The notes below the pieces were generated by a model. The model was not told where the DNA came from and made no database searches. It saw nothing but the letters and a program-made list of their open reading frames with translations. A DNA stretch of 64,000 bases from a virus (taxonomy: Duplodnaviria; Caudoviricetes). Below, in pieces: positions 49,741 through 58,719 of the stretch; position 1 is the first letter of the stretch; every line of letters starts with the position of its first letter. The stretch lies in IMG/VR virus record IMGVR_UViG_3300037067_011302, positions 120,220 through 184,219 of that record; one strand, given 5' to 3'. The translations under genes and the position numbers were made by a program.

Positions 49741-49852
49741 GATCGTCGTCCTTGTCGGTGAACTTGTCGAACAGGATCCGATACGTGATCATGCCGATCA
49801 CAGCGGCCGCAAATATCATGACAACCTTGACGTTGAACTTTTTTTTCGACAT
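49733..49852 (-). CDS. 39-aa single-pass membrane peptide
   Basis: MSKKKFNVKVVMIFAAAVIGMITYRILFDKF...; GAGGA RBS and GTGAAC-N18-TATGTT promoter upstream. Confidence 0.55.
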   Translation of the reverse strand: MSKKKFNVKVVMIFAAAVIGMITYRILFDKFTDKDDDRD

Positions 49853-49916
49853 GAACTTCCTCGCTTCTGTTTTGAACATACACCGCACAACGACCAACGT
49901 TCACCTATTTAGGATC

Positions 49917-50693
49917 GTGACCACAAAGTTCAATGTTCCGGTGCCCACGAATCACATGTCGGCGACTACGTTCCTTACGTTGGTGAAGAACGTCGACAGG
50001 TTCAAGAGGGACGAGGTGGCGACCAACGTGATCCTTGAAGGACACGTGCCGGGAAAGATGCGCGACTTCACGTCAGTGTGTTTCACGGCGAAGGACGGCG
50101 AAGAAAACGTACACGTTGTGACGTTTCGAGCGTTGGTCGACTACCTGTGCATCGGCACCGACGACGACTATGTCCGTGTGCCATTGAATCCCCTCAGTGC
50201 ACAGAGGATCGCAGATGTAACCACCACGACGCTTCCGACAACGAAGATCGTCGACATCGTGTGGGGCGCTGCATCGAACAAGTTGGATCCACTTCCGTGG
50301 GGTCCACCTTACGACGCAAGCATGATGAGCACGGCACGCATTCCGGTGCACAACGCTCGCATCAACGCTGAATTGAAGTCTACGTACTGCGACCCGACAC
50401 AGTTGACGGCCGGCCACAAGAAGGACGTTGTCGTATCGAACGCATTGGAGACTCACTCAAAGAGCGTCGCAATCTACGGGTGGCACAAGAAGAACGGTGA
50501 ACCGATCCAACCGCTCTACGTTGGTCACGAAAATCTCTACTGCGATTATTCACACGGAATCAGGCTGATCGACCGCGAGTGCATCATCGATTCACAGTCA
50601 CACGACATTCTGGCCGTGTTGTCCGATCCCATGCTGTCGGTCCTGTTGTCGTCTGAAGGTCAGCTGCGCGTCCTACGACAACCGAACGCTTGA
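49917..50693 (+). CDS. Conserved hypothetical protein, late-expressed; candidate cell-wall enzyme
   Basis: CTATTTA-N5-GTG. Enzyme-like motifs DYLCIG, AGHKKDVV, VAIYGWH, IQP, DYSHGIRL. Confidence 0.55.
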   Translation: MTTKFNVPVPTNHMSATTFLTLVKNVDRFKRDEVATNVILEGHVPGKMRDFTSVCFTAKDGEENVHVVTFRALVDYLCIGTDDDYVRVPLNPLSAQRIADVTTTTLPTTKIVDIVWGAASNKLDPLPWGPPYDASMMSTARIPVHNARINAELKSTYCDPTQLTAGHKKDVVVSNALETHSKSVAIYGWHKKNGEPIQPLYVGHENLYCDYSHGIRLIDRECIIDSQSHDILAVLSDPMLSVLLSSEGQLRVLRQPNA

Positions 50694-50695
50694 CG

Positions 50696-52162
50696 TCACC
50701 GCCACGCACCGCGCAGTTGTGCTGCGTCGGAGATGACGATCTGCGGTTCGGTCGTCTCGAACTCGAGCTTGCAGTTTCGTCCGAGCACCCACGCCCGCCG
50801 TCCTCTCACTGGGATCGGAGGAGGCGCTTGTCCGTCGGTCAGGATGATCAGACCATCCCACCGCCCGCGGTGCGCAGGATCATTGAACAAGTGCGTAGGT
50901 GCGCTGAAGTCTGTCCCACCACACTTGGTCCTCATCGCCTGGATCTTTGCGCCCTTACGCCACTCGAACACATCGAGTTCATTGCACGCGCAGTCGAACG
51001 GTACCACTGAGATCGTGACCTTCTTCGTCAGTGAACCGAGTTCACCGAAGAACTCAGCGAGCATTTCATCGCCGACGCTGCCCGACTGGTCGATCGCGAC
51101 CAACAACTTGGCGACCCACCCACGCTTGATGCCCGGGTGAATGTACGGATACCGTCGATTGATCCTCTTGATGCTCGTCGAGCGACCGCCGTGGACAGTG
51201 TTGCCGATGAACTGCCTCAACACGTTCTTCCAGTTGATCACGTTCGAAACGTACTGGCGAACTTGTTCACGCAGTTCAGCCGGAACGCTTCCCCAACCCT
51301 TCGACGTTTGATCGGCAACTCGCGCCGCTGCCTCGACGATGCTCCTGACCTTTCCCTCGATGTATTCTCGTGCTGTATCGCCACACTTGTCCCACGAGGA
51401 GTGATCGCCGCTCGGCGAGAATTCGCCTTCACAGTTACACTTGTCACACCCTCCACCGTGACCGTGACCGTCCTTGTCACACCCACCGTCGCAGTCGCCG
51501 CTGCTCCCACCGCCTTCTCCCTGACCTTCATCGTCAGCGCTCGAACCGTCGCCCGCATCGCTTCCGGAGCCGGTGCCATTGTGACAACTGCACTCGCACG
51601 GAGCTCTCATCTCGGGTGGAATCTTCGTCATGAGGTCCTGAAAGTACCACTCTGACGCCATGTTGAGCGGCCAACTGGCGATGATCTCAGCGAGCTTTGC
51701 TCGTTCCTTCATCTCCTTCGTCATCTCGGAACCGTCAGGCATCTTGGGCCACTGACCCGGGATCACGCATCCCAGAGGTAGCAGTTCGTCGACCGTCATC
51801 TCGTTCGACGAGTTCATCGTCACGATGATGCTGTTGATCGCCGCGTCGGTCGCAATGTTCCACGCCATGTGCGGCGTGCACCTACGAGTTGAGATGTGAC
51901 CGAAGATCACGTGCGATAGTTCGTGGATGATGACGTTCCTGATCCTGACGTTCGTCATCTTCCGGAACTCTTCCGGATTGTAGTACATCGTGATCATCTC
52001 CGACCGCGGTTCATAGCAGACACCGGCGATGGCTCCACCCGGAATCGACGTCGTCGGGATCTTCACGATCCTACGCGACACTTCGGCATAGAATGGCTCA
52101 TCCTGCATGAGCTGGATGAGGTGTCCTGAGATGTTGAAGTCTGTGTTCGTTCGTTCCAGCAT
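50696..52162 (-). CDS. vWA-domain metallopeptidase (DUF2201-like)
   Basis: VIIHELSHV..H, WNIATDAAIN, AIDQSGS MIDAS, GGTDF, ILTDG. Likely start MLERTN. Confidence 0.88.
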   Translation of the reverse strand: MLERTNTDFNISGHLIQLMQDEPFYAEVSRRIVKIPTTSIPGGAIAGVCYEPRSEMITMYYNPEEFRKMTNVRIRNVIIHELSHVIFGHISTRRCTPHMAWNIATDAAINSIIVTMNSSNEMTVDELLPLGCVIPGQWPKMPDGSEMTKEMKERAKLAEIIASWPLNMASEWYFQDLMTKIPPEMRAPCECSCHNGTGSGSDAGDGSSADDEGQGEGGGSSGDCDGGCDKDGHGHGGGCDKCNCEGEFSPSGDHSSWDKCGDTAREYIEGKVRSIVEAAARVADQTSKGWGSVPAELREQVRQYVSNVINWKNVLRQFIGNTVHGGRSTSIKRINRRYPYIHPGIKRGWVAKLLVAIDQSGSVGDEMLAEFFGELGSLTKKVTISVVPFDCACNELDVFEWRKGAKIQAMRTKCGGTDFSAPTHLFNDPAHRGRWDGLIILTDGQAPPPIPVRGRRAWVLGRNCKLEFETTEPQIVISDAAQLRGAWR

Positions 52163-52182
52163 GTACAGAGTGTACCACCGAC
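52159..52182 (-). promoter_or_regulatory. Early promoter, extended -10 TGG-TACACT-N6-ATG (leaderless)
   Basis: Perfect 24-bp inverted copy at 52448..52471. Confidence 0.7.
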
Positions 52183-52447
52183 CGACACAACGTTTCACGG
52201 TGCTCGGCACAATGTTGCTCAATTGTTCGTCACGATCCATCGGTACGCTCAACGTCCCAGGCCGCCCACGTGTCACTCACGTGTCCTACGTTGGTTGCCC
52301 AGTGTCCTGTGCCCGTAGGGGTCACAGAGGCCATCCTGAGAGCGCTCGAGCACCGTCTTGGACCACTGGGTGGCCGTGCACGTGCGTTGTATGACCCTTT
52401 TACCATAGTGTTGCAAAAGTGTGTCACGTGAGTGAATCATCATCATC

Positions 52448-52471
52448 GTCGGTGGTACACTCTGTACATGC
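52448..52471 (+). promoter_or_regulatory. Early promoter GTGAAT-N18-TACACT-N6-ATG (leaderless)
   Basis: Identical to 52159..52182 on the opposite strand. Third copy GTGGTACACTCT near 52769. Confidence 0.7.
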
Positions 52472-52761
52472 CATTCAACGGTTTTTTCAAACCAAACCCA
52501 AAATCACAGTGTGAAATCACAGCGAGGCGTGCCTTCAAGGACGCATCGACGATCAAGGTCACCGGCGAACGCCTCGAGAAGGTGAACCCGAAGCTCAAGG
52601 CGTTGTACCGCTGTGAGTGCGTCATCGTGCTTCCTGACGGCGTTGAACTGATGTTCGAGTCGATGCATTGGGACTGGCGCCGTGCGTACAAGGGACTCAA
52701 CGCTGAGATCATCAACACCGTCAATGTTGAACAAAAAAGTGCGACTCGAGTGAACGCCTAA
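52468..52761 (+). CDS. Hypothetical protein
   Basis: Starts at the ATG inside the promoter repeat. Confidence 0.6.
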   Translation: MPFNGFFKPNPKSQCEITARRAFKDASTIKVTGERLEKVNPKLKALYRCECVIVLPDGVELMFESMHWDWRRAYKGLNAEIINTVNVEQKSATRVNA

Positions 52762-52808
52762 AGCGTTCGTGGTACACTCTTGAATCAAGGAAAGTAGGAG
52801 AAGAACAG

Positions 52809-54041
52809 ATGTCGAACATGTCGATCAAGACGTTTCTTGCCGTGGCAATGAGCCTCCCAGCGAACACCTCGCTGCTGCTTCGCAGCAATCACGGCATGGG
52901 AAAGAGCCAGCTGGGTCGCCAACTCGCAACGCTCATCGCCCGCCGGGAAAAGTTGGACGAGTTTCCGGTCATCGACCGTCGACTCAGTCAGGTGAGCGAA
53001 GGTGACATCATTGGGTTGCCGTCAACCGATGGCAACGTCACGCGATTCAATCCTCCCGATTGGTACAAGCAGGCCTGCAATCAGCCTTGCTTTCTGTTCC
53101 TCGATGAGCTCAACCGAGCGACTCCGGAGGTCATGCAGGCTGCGTTCCAGATCGTGTTGGATCGTGAGCTCAACGGTTGGAAGCTCCACCCGCAAACGCG
53201 CGTGATGAGTGCCGTCAACCTCGGTGCCTCATACGTGGTCAACGAGATGGATCCCGCGCTGCTCGATCGCTTTTTCGTGGTCGACCTCTGTCCGACCGTT
53301 GAGGAATGGCTCGAGTGGGCGCAGGCGAAGGTCGAGGACTTCGGCGGTGAGGTCATCGAGTTCATCGTCGACTTCATCCGAACGAACAACGGGTTCCTTG
53401 ACCCACCGAAGAACTGCGAACCGAACAGCGTTCAGCCCTCGAGGCGCAGTTGGGATCGTCTCTCGAAGGCGCTCAAGGCTGACGGCATCGATGAGAAGCC
53501 CGAGAACGAGTTGTTCTACGCGATCTCGACGGGTTTCGTTGGGACCGAGGCAAGCATCGCCTTCGTGGCACACGCCAAGACGCTTGACTATCACTTCACC
53601 GGCGAAGAGTTGGTGAACGACTACGCAAGCGTTGCAAAGAAGCTGCGTGGAAAGCGCCGCCATGAGCTCATCCTTTCGGCGATCGATAAGATCGGTGAGT
53701 ACATGAATGCGCAGGCAGACGTGACCGAGCAACAGTGCAAGAACGTTGCAGCGTTCCTCAGGGATCTGCACGCCGACGAGGGCGAGCTCAAGATGAGCAT
53801 GTGGAAGAAGCTCATGTCGAACGGGCTCGACAACATCGAGCGGACCAAGAAGATCCACAAGGAAATCATGCCAATCATTCTGGTCGATGTATTCCAGGTG
53901 ACTCCCGGTGAGACCGGCACCGGCAAGCTCCCCAACATCCCGGCATACGTTTCCGGAAAGATCGACGAGCAGCCTGCTCCAGCTCCCACGCCTGAGCCTG
54001 CTCCCGAGGTGAAGACCACGAAGAAGCGTGGTAAGAAGTAG
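52809..54041 (+). CDS. MoxR-like AAA+ ATPase (AAA_5)
   Basis: SNHGMGKS Walker A, LFLDELNRA Walker B, MDPALLDRF, PSRRSW. Confidence 0.9.
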   Translation: MSNMSIKTFLAVAMSLPANTSLLLRSNHGMGKSQLGRQLATLIARREKLDEFPVIDRRLSQVSEGDIIGLPSTDGNVTRFNPPDWYKQACNQPCFLFLDELNRATPEVMQAAFQIVLDRELNGWKLHPQTRVMSAVNLGASYVVNEMDPALLDRFFVVDLCPTVEEWLEWAQAKVEDFGGEVIEFIVDFIRTNNGFLDPPKNCEPNSVQPSRRSWDRLSKALKADGIDEKPENELFYAISTGFVGTEASIAFVAHAKTLDYHFTGEELVNDYASVAKKLRGKRRHELILSAIDKIGEYMNAQADVTEQQCKNVAAFLRDLHADEGELKMSMWKKLMSNGLDNIERTKKIHKEIMPIILVDVFQVTPGETGTGKLPNIPAYVSGKIDEQPAPAPTPEPAPEVKTTKKRGKK

Positions 54042-54072
54042 GCGAACGCGCAGAAAAACGACCTAAACGACA

Positions 54073-54115
54073 GGCGCCGCGTGTCCTAAGATGGACTGCG
54101 GCGTCATGTTATTTG
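54073..54115 (+). terminator. GC-rich hairpin with U-rich tail (terminator or attenuator)
   Basis: GGCGCCGC..GTCC-TAAGAT-GGAC..GCGGCGTC followed by ATGTTATTT. Confidence 0.4.
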
Positions 54116-54678
54116 ATCGTTCGAAGTGGTTGAAGAAGTGTTGGGGAAAGAAAACGCCTAGAGCCAAGGAGGACGTGAAGTACGTGCGTGCGATGGCACG
54201 AGTCGTTCAGTGGTGCGCAAAGAATCGAGTCATCGTTGACTTCGAGCACCTGACGGACGTGTACGGATTCTACGACCGTGACGATTGTGGCCAACACGTC
54301 ATCAAGGTGGACTTGAGCATGAAGCCACAGTTCCAATACTACGTGTTGCTACACGAGTGCGGTCACTACCTCATCGACAAGAAGAGGCCTCTCGATCACC
54401 TGTTGCACGGGTACATTTCGACGAACAGTGATGAACCGTTGCTCAGGGAATGTGACATCCTTGAAGAGGAGATGCACGCCTGGCTCAGGGGCCGCAGGTT
54501 GGCCGGCCGATTGAGGCTACCTCTTGAGCCCAAGACCTTCGAGTTCGTCAAGGTCAGGAGCCTGGTGGCCGACGTGCGTCACTTGAACGGGCTCTGCTTT
54601 GGTGCATTGAGCGACGACACGAACGCCTTGTCACGCTCGCGTTCCTTTTCGCCACGTGGTTGTGCACGTCCTGAGTAG
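54106..54678 (+). CDS. HExxH zinc metallopeptidase (ImmA/IrrE-like)
   Basis: YGFYD, VLLHECGH, LEEEMHAW. Confidence 0.7.
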   Translation: MLFDRSKWLKKCWGKKTPRAKEDVKYVRAMARVVQWCAKNRVIVDFEHLTDVYGFYDRDDCGQHVIKVDLSMKPQFQYYVLLHECGHYLIDKKRPLDHLLHGYISTNSDEPLLRECDILEEEMHAWLRGRRLAGRLRLPLEPKTFEFVKVRSLVADVRHLNGLCFGALSDDTNALSRSRSFSPRGCARPE

Positions 54679-55310
54679 CTCGGCAGCGTCTCGCCTCCAC
54701 TGAGCTTTTCCTTCGAGCCGAACTCAGTCGTCAATTGATCCTCAACGTCAGCGCTCAGGCCCGTCTTGACGTTTGCCTGTTTCATTGCGTTGACCGTGTT
54801 GTGCAACCCCTTCTGCTGTTCGCCTGACAGTGACTTGATTGTCTCAACGTCCAACACGTTCTTCACGAGCTCCTTCCAGGCCTTCTCGTGCCCGCCACCG
54901 TCGACCCACTTCACGATGCGTTCGTGCATCTTTTTGGGCGGTTCGTCGGCATCATTCCAGTCCTCACGCACGATGAATCCCTTTGCATCCCCTAGCCTCA
55001 CCTGCGTGATTGCGTACTCAGCGTCCTTGAATGATCCTTTAGCGTAAGCAGGCGCCGGCATCGTCGTCACGTACGCCGAAACAAAGTCGCCTCCACCCGC
55101 CGCGTCACTGAAAAGAGGTCTCAACGCGACATTTTTCACCTTCGTGATGTCAGTTGGTCCCCTCTTTTTTGTCACCTTTCCGAAAGGTGTCGCCTTCGTC
55201 ATTACGACGCCGCCTCCCAGGCCAGGCTTCGTTTTTTCCTCTGCATCCTCACGAAGCAAAGAAATGTACTCGATGAGCCTCCTGGTCGCGATCGCGTTCT
55301 TGTCCATCAC
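54579..55310 (-). CDS. Hypothetical protein with leader helix (RRLIEYISLLRE)
   Basis: CTATTTA-N5-GTG promoter. Confidence 0.65.
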   Translation of the reverse strand: MMDKNAIATRRLIEYISLLREDAEEKTKPGLGGGVVMTKATPFGKVTKKRGPTDITKVKNVALRPLFSDAAGGGDFVSAYVTTMPAPAYAKGSFKDAEYAITQVRLGDAKGFIVREDWNDADEPPKKMHERIVKWVDGGGHEKAWKELVKNVLDVETIKSLSGEQQKGLHNTVNAMKQANVKTGLSADVEDQLTTEFGSKEKLSGGETLPSYSGRAQPRGEKERERDKAFVSSLNAPKQSPFK

Positions 55311-55334
55311 GAGGCTAAATAGCCGCGGCACGAT

Positions 55335-56075
55335 CTATCCGTGTACGCGATCGAATTTTTCATCGGCAGCGATCGTCAATAGCTTCGACAGAGGTTCTTG
55401 AGCCATCGATCCAAGTTGTTGACGCCCGAACGTCGTGAATGTGATGCATGCCTTTGCATGGTTTTCGATCAACCTCGCAATCCTCGGACACTTTGGAAGA
55501 AAGTACGCAGTATTGAAGTGCTTCTTTTTGTTTGAATGGTGACTATAGGTCGTGAACAGTCGTTTTGGCATGTACGTACACTCGAACACCTCGCGGTGTA
55601 GGACCGCCTTACGTACATCGTGACGATCGTTGAAGTACTTCTTCCACACATGCGATGCCGATCGTGACACGGAATAACGATCAGGGATCAGTCCCATTCC
55701 GTTCGACATTGCAACGTCGTATAGAAGAGGTCCATAGCCATCTCGAGCTATAGACTGTCCGACGACTCGAGCGCGCGCGCTGTTCGTCAATGACTTTGTC
55801 GTGACGATCGACGCAACTACACAGTCGACGAACGCTTCCTGGAACTTGTGAACGCACTTGATTCGTTGCCAGTGCGTACCCACCATCGTCAAGACGTGAT
55901 TCGATAAAGGATCAGTCGCGACCGTAGCCTCAGTATTTGCGATCACGTCACGTATTCCGGTGAACAGCACGTTCGGATCGTATAGAACGTAAAAAAGTGA
56001 ACCATCAGCCTTGTACGTGATTGCACAGAACGCATAGCCTGCCCGCTCGGCATCACCCACCGTCTTCATTGGCAT
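55335..56075 (-). CDS. GNAT-fold-like protein
   Basis: SIARDGYGPLLYDVAM...LIPDRYSVSRSASHVW resembles GNAT motifs A/B. Confidence 0.5.
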   Translation of the reverse strand: MPMKTVGDAERAGYAFCAITYKADGSLFYVLYDPNVLFTGIRDVIANTEATVATDPLSNHVLTMVGTHWQRIKCVHKFQEAFVDCVVASIVTTKSLTNSARARVVGQSIARDGYGPLLYDVAMSNGMGLIPDRYSVSRSASHVWKKYFNDRHDVRKAVLHREVFECTYMPKRLFTTYSHHSNKKKHFNTAYFLPKCPRIARLIENHAKACITFTTFGRQQLGSMAQEPLSKLLTIAADEKFDRVHG

Positions 56076-56141
56076 ATTGATATTACACTACCTCACAGTA
56101 CGCACAAGATTCACCGTGTGTTTCACCACATAGTTAGTGGC

Positions 56142-56477
56142 ATGAAGATCGCGGTTGGAGACCTACGTAGAGTCATCAGGAACGTCATACGTGAGCAGAT
56201 GTGGGTGCCTGGAAGGTACGATCCAACGTCAGTCGAGCCCGTCGACGACGACGAACAGGAAAGGTTGAATCAGCCCGCTGGGAGGAAGACGAACATCGAC
56301 GAAGATAATCTAGACGAAGTCGACACTGACCCATCAAATAATCCCGGTCGACCTGAGGATCCTTACGCTTACATTGGAATGCGACCCGAGCCAACGTGGG
56401 CACTTGCGCACCCTGGCGCTAGTGGGGGAAGCGTTGCAATTAATACAGGTGTTGACGACAGTGAAGACGTTGTATAA
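56142..56477 (+). CDS. Small acidic protein with leader helix (MKIAVGDLRRVIRNVIREQ)
   Basis: ATAGTTA-N5-ATG. Confidence 0.7.
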   Translation: MKIAVGDLRRVIRNVIREQMWVPGRYDPTSVEPVDDDEQERLNQPAGRKTNIDEDNLDEVDTDPSNNPGRPEDPYAYIGMRPEPTWALAHPGASGGSVAINTGVDDSEDVV

Positions 56478-56619
56478 GATTGATGCACACACACACTCTT
56501 TTTGACGCAGCCGATGTACGAGGCCCACAAGTGGGTTATGGTCAAATCAACGGCCATGGTAGGCATGGCGTTATTCTGAAATTGTTACGCACGTTCGACT
56601 TGAACGCGGATCACAACAA

Positions 56620-56988
56620 ATGCAGACGCAAAAAAAGCAGCAGAACAAGAAGCCTCAACAACGTACTACGTTTCAACTGCCGTCGTTGGTGACAATTGAT
56701 GAATTGGCAGTGATGACCGACGGCGACCTGCACGCAAGGCTACGATCGTTGTACGATGAACACGGAAAGGTAGCGAAGGAACACTACGATTCGTACGCAT
56801 GGCAGATTGAAATTGCTTACGCTCAGCGTGAGGCTGACATCAGGTTCGATCGTGCCGAGCTTCACAAGAAGTTTCTCGATGAAACGCACGATGATGATGA
56901 GTTCGTCGACGAACGTGACTTGCCAGACGCTGACCTCGACAACAGCAGGTTCCTGAACATCAGGTTTCCTTCTCGGCGTTGGAATTGA
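56620..56988 (+). CDS. Hypothetical protein
   Basis: ORF immediately upstream of the sigma gene. Confidence 0.65.
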   Translation: MQTQKKQQNKKPQQRTTFQLPSLVTIDELAVMTDGDLHARLRSLYDEHGKVAKEHYDSYAWQIEIAYAQREADIRFDRAELHKKFLDETHDDDEFVDERDLPDADLDNSRFLNIRFPSRRWN

Positions 56989-56990
56989 AG

Positions 56991-57800
56991 ATGGGTGCAC
57001 CTGAACGATCGAAGGCCGACGACGGAGCCTTGTCGGCGTACATGGCATCACTGCGACGATTTCCGGTGTTGGATCACGTCGAGATGATGAACCTATTTCA
57101 GAACCTCGAACGAGGAGGAACGCAGGTAGAATCTGCGAAGAAGCTGCTCATTGAGTCAAACCTCAGGTTGGTGATCTCAATCGCAAAGCAATATCGTGGT
57201 TATCAACTGCCGTTTGAGGACCTGATCCAGGAGGGAAACCTCGGCCTGATGAAGTCGATCGAACGATTCGATTGGAAGAAGGGCTTCAGGTTCTCAACGT
57301 ACGCATCGTGGTGGATAAAGCAGGCAATCGGTCAGTACGTCCTGAAGCGAAAGCAGACGATCCGACTACCTGCTCACGCTGCGATCGTGCAAAAGAAGCT
57401 CGTCCGCGCGGCCGAAGAATATCGCGAGAGGACTGGCAATGAACCCACCTCTGACGAGCTGTGTGAGTTGGTTCACGCGAGCAAGATCGTCGTGAAGGCA
57501 ACGATCCATGGTGGAAAGAAGACAGTGTCGCTCGACGATCCGATATCATCGTTCGGTGGAAATACGACGCTCGTCGGCGACAGAGTGTGCGACGGCAGTG
57601 CCAACAGTGACCCACACGGTCTCACGTCGCACCGTGAGTTGATGGACATGTTCAGAGGAGTGCTTGACTCACTGTCTCCGAAGGAACAGGCGATCATTCG
57701 CCTAAGGTTTGGCCTCGTCGAGGACGTCATCAATGCAGAAGGATACGAAATTTCAAACGAGGAAGAGGCGATGATCGCATCAGGAAGGGGACTCAGGTGA
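56991..57800 (+). CDS. RNA polymerase sigma-70 family factor (RpoD/SigA-like, lacking region 1.1)
   Basis: SNLRLVISIAKQY, DLIQEGNLGLMKSIERFD..KGFRFSTYASWWIKQAI, VSLDDPI, LSPKEQAIIRLRFGL. Confidence 0.93.
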   Translation: MGAPERSKADDGALSAYMASLRRFPVLDHVEMMNLFQNLERGGTQVESAKKLLIESNLRLVISIAKQYRGYQLPFEDLIQEGNLGLMKSIERFDWKKGFRFSTYASWWIKQAIGQYVLKRKQTIRLPAHAAIVQKKLVRAAEEYRERTGNEPTSDELCELVHASKIVVKATIHGGKKTVSLDDPISSFGGNTTLVGDRVCDGSANSDPHGLTSHRELMDMFRGVLDSLSPKEQAIIRLRFGLVEDVINAEGYEISNEEEAMIASGRGLR

Positions 57801-58072
57801 TGCCGTTCTACGTGTATGATTCCAGGACGCAGTACGTTGAACCCGTGTTCATTGCGTACAATCGTGAACACGTTGAACCGATGCTCATGGCGATCTATGG
57901 GTGCTACCCTGACTACATTGAAGTCTACACATTTCGCATGCACGATTTTGATCCACAGAAAGATTCATTCTTGGGAATTGTGGCACCGAGCGCTCGCCCG
58001 GTGAACGCTCCACACGAACGTCGAGACTCATGGCACCTCGCACAGAAGAAGAAAGCGAAGGCAAGGCGTTGA
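57797..58072 (+). CDS. Hypothetical protein
   Basis: Coupled to the sigma gene. Confidence 0.5.
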   Translation: MMPFYVYDSRTQYVEPVFIAYNREHVEPMLMAIYGCYPDYIEVYTFRMHDFDPQKDSFLGIVAPSARPVNAPHERRDSWHLAQKKKAKARR

Positions 58073-58074
58073 TC

Positions 58075-58365
58075 ATGCAGCGGACGAAGAAATTTCACAC
58101 GTACATTCCCGAAGAAGACAACGTTGACTACCGAGGCATCGCCGAGACGATGACCGACATTGGTTTTCCGATGCAACACTCGACGGTCAGAAATTGGACG
58201 CTGCGCATCCTGGAAAAGTTTGCTGCGGCAACGTGTGAGGGGTACGACATCGCCGCTGGACCTGAAAAGATCAAGTCGATCGCGAAGGCACCGGCATTTC
58301 AGCGATCGGTGCACGACATCCTCAACATCATTGAAGCTGAACGACGGGCTTCCCGGCATACATAG
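58075..58365 (+). CDS. Small HTH protein (sigma region 4-like)
   Basis: DYRGIAETMTDIGFPMQHSTVRNW..RILEKF. Confidence 0.6.
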   Translation: MQRTKKFHTYIPEEDNVDYRGIAETMTDIGFPMQHSTVRNWTLRILEKFAAATCEGYDIAAGPEKIKSIAKAPAFQRSVHDILNIIEAERRASRHT

Positions 58366-58368
58366 AAC

Positions 58369-58719
58369 ATGAAGAAGAACGCAAAACCCACGAACATCAG
58401 GCTCATTGACCTCGTCAGGCGACGCAAGTCAACGCTCGCACAGACGTTCAGCGACCTCGGTATCACAACGTACGAGGGATGCCTGAACATGTGCGCGTCG
58501 ATGGGCGTCGAGCCGCCCGATGAGCGGGACTTTGACAGGGCGCTCGGAAGGAACCGTCAGCCCGTCAACGACCCACAAGAAGGCGTCATCGTCGTTGATA
58601 CCCCCGTGATTGTCTCGGAGTCGACCGGCAACCCAATTCCTCAGGAACCGTTCGAAGACGTGCCGGCGCAGTTGACCACGACCAAGCGATATAAGCGACG
58701 TCCGGCGTCGGTCGACTAG
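58369..58719 (+). CDS. Hypothetical protein
   Basis: ORF in operon. Confidence 0.6.
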   Translation: MKKNAKPTNIRLIDLVRRRKSTLAQTFSDLGITTYEGCLNMCASMGVEPPDERDFDRALGRNRQPVNDPQEGVIVVDTPVIVSESTGNPIPQEPFEDVPAQLTTTKRYKRRPASVD

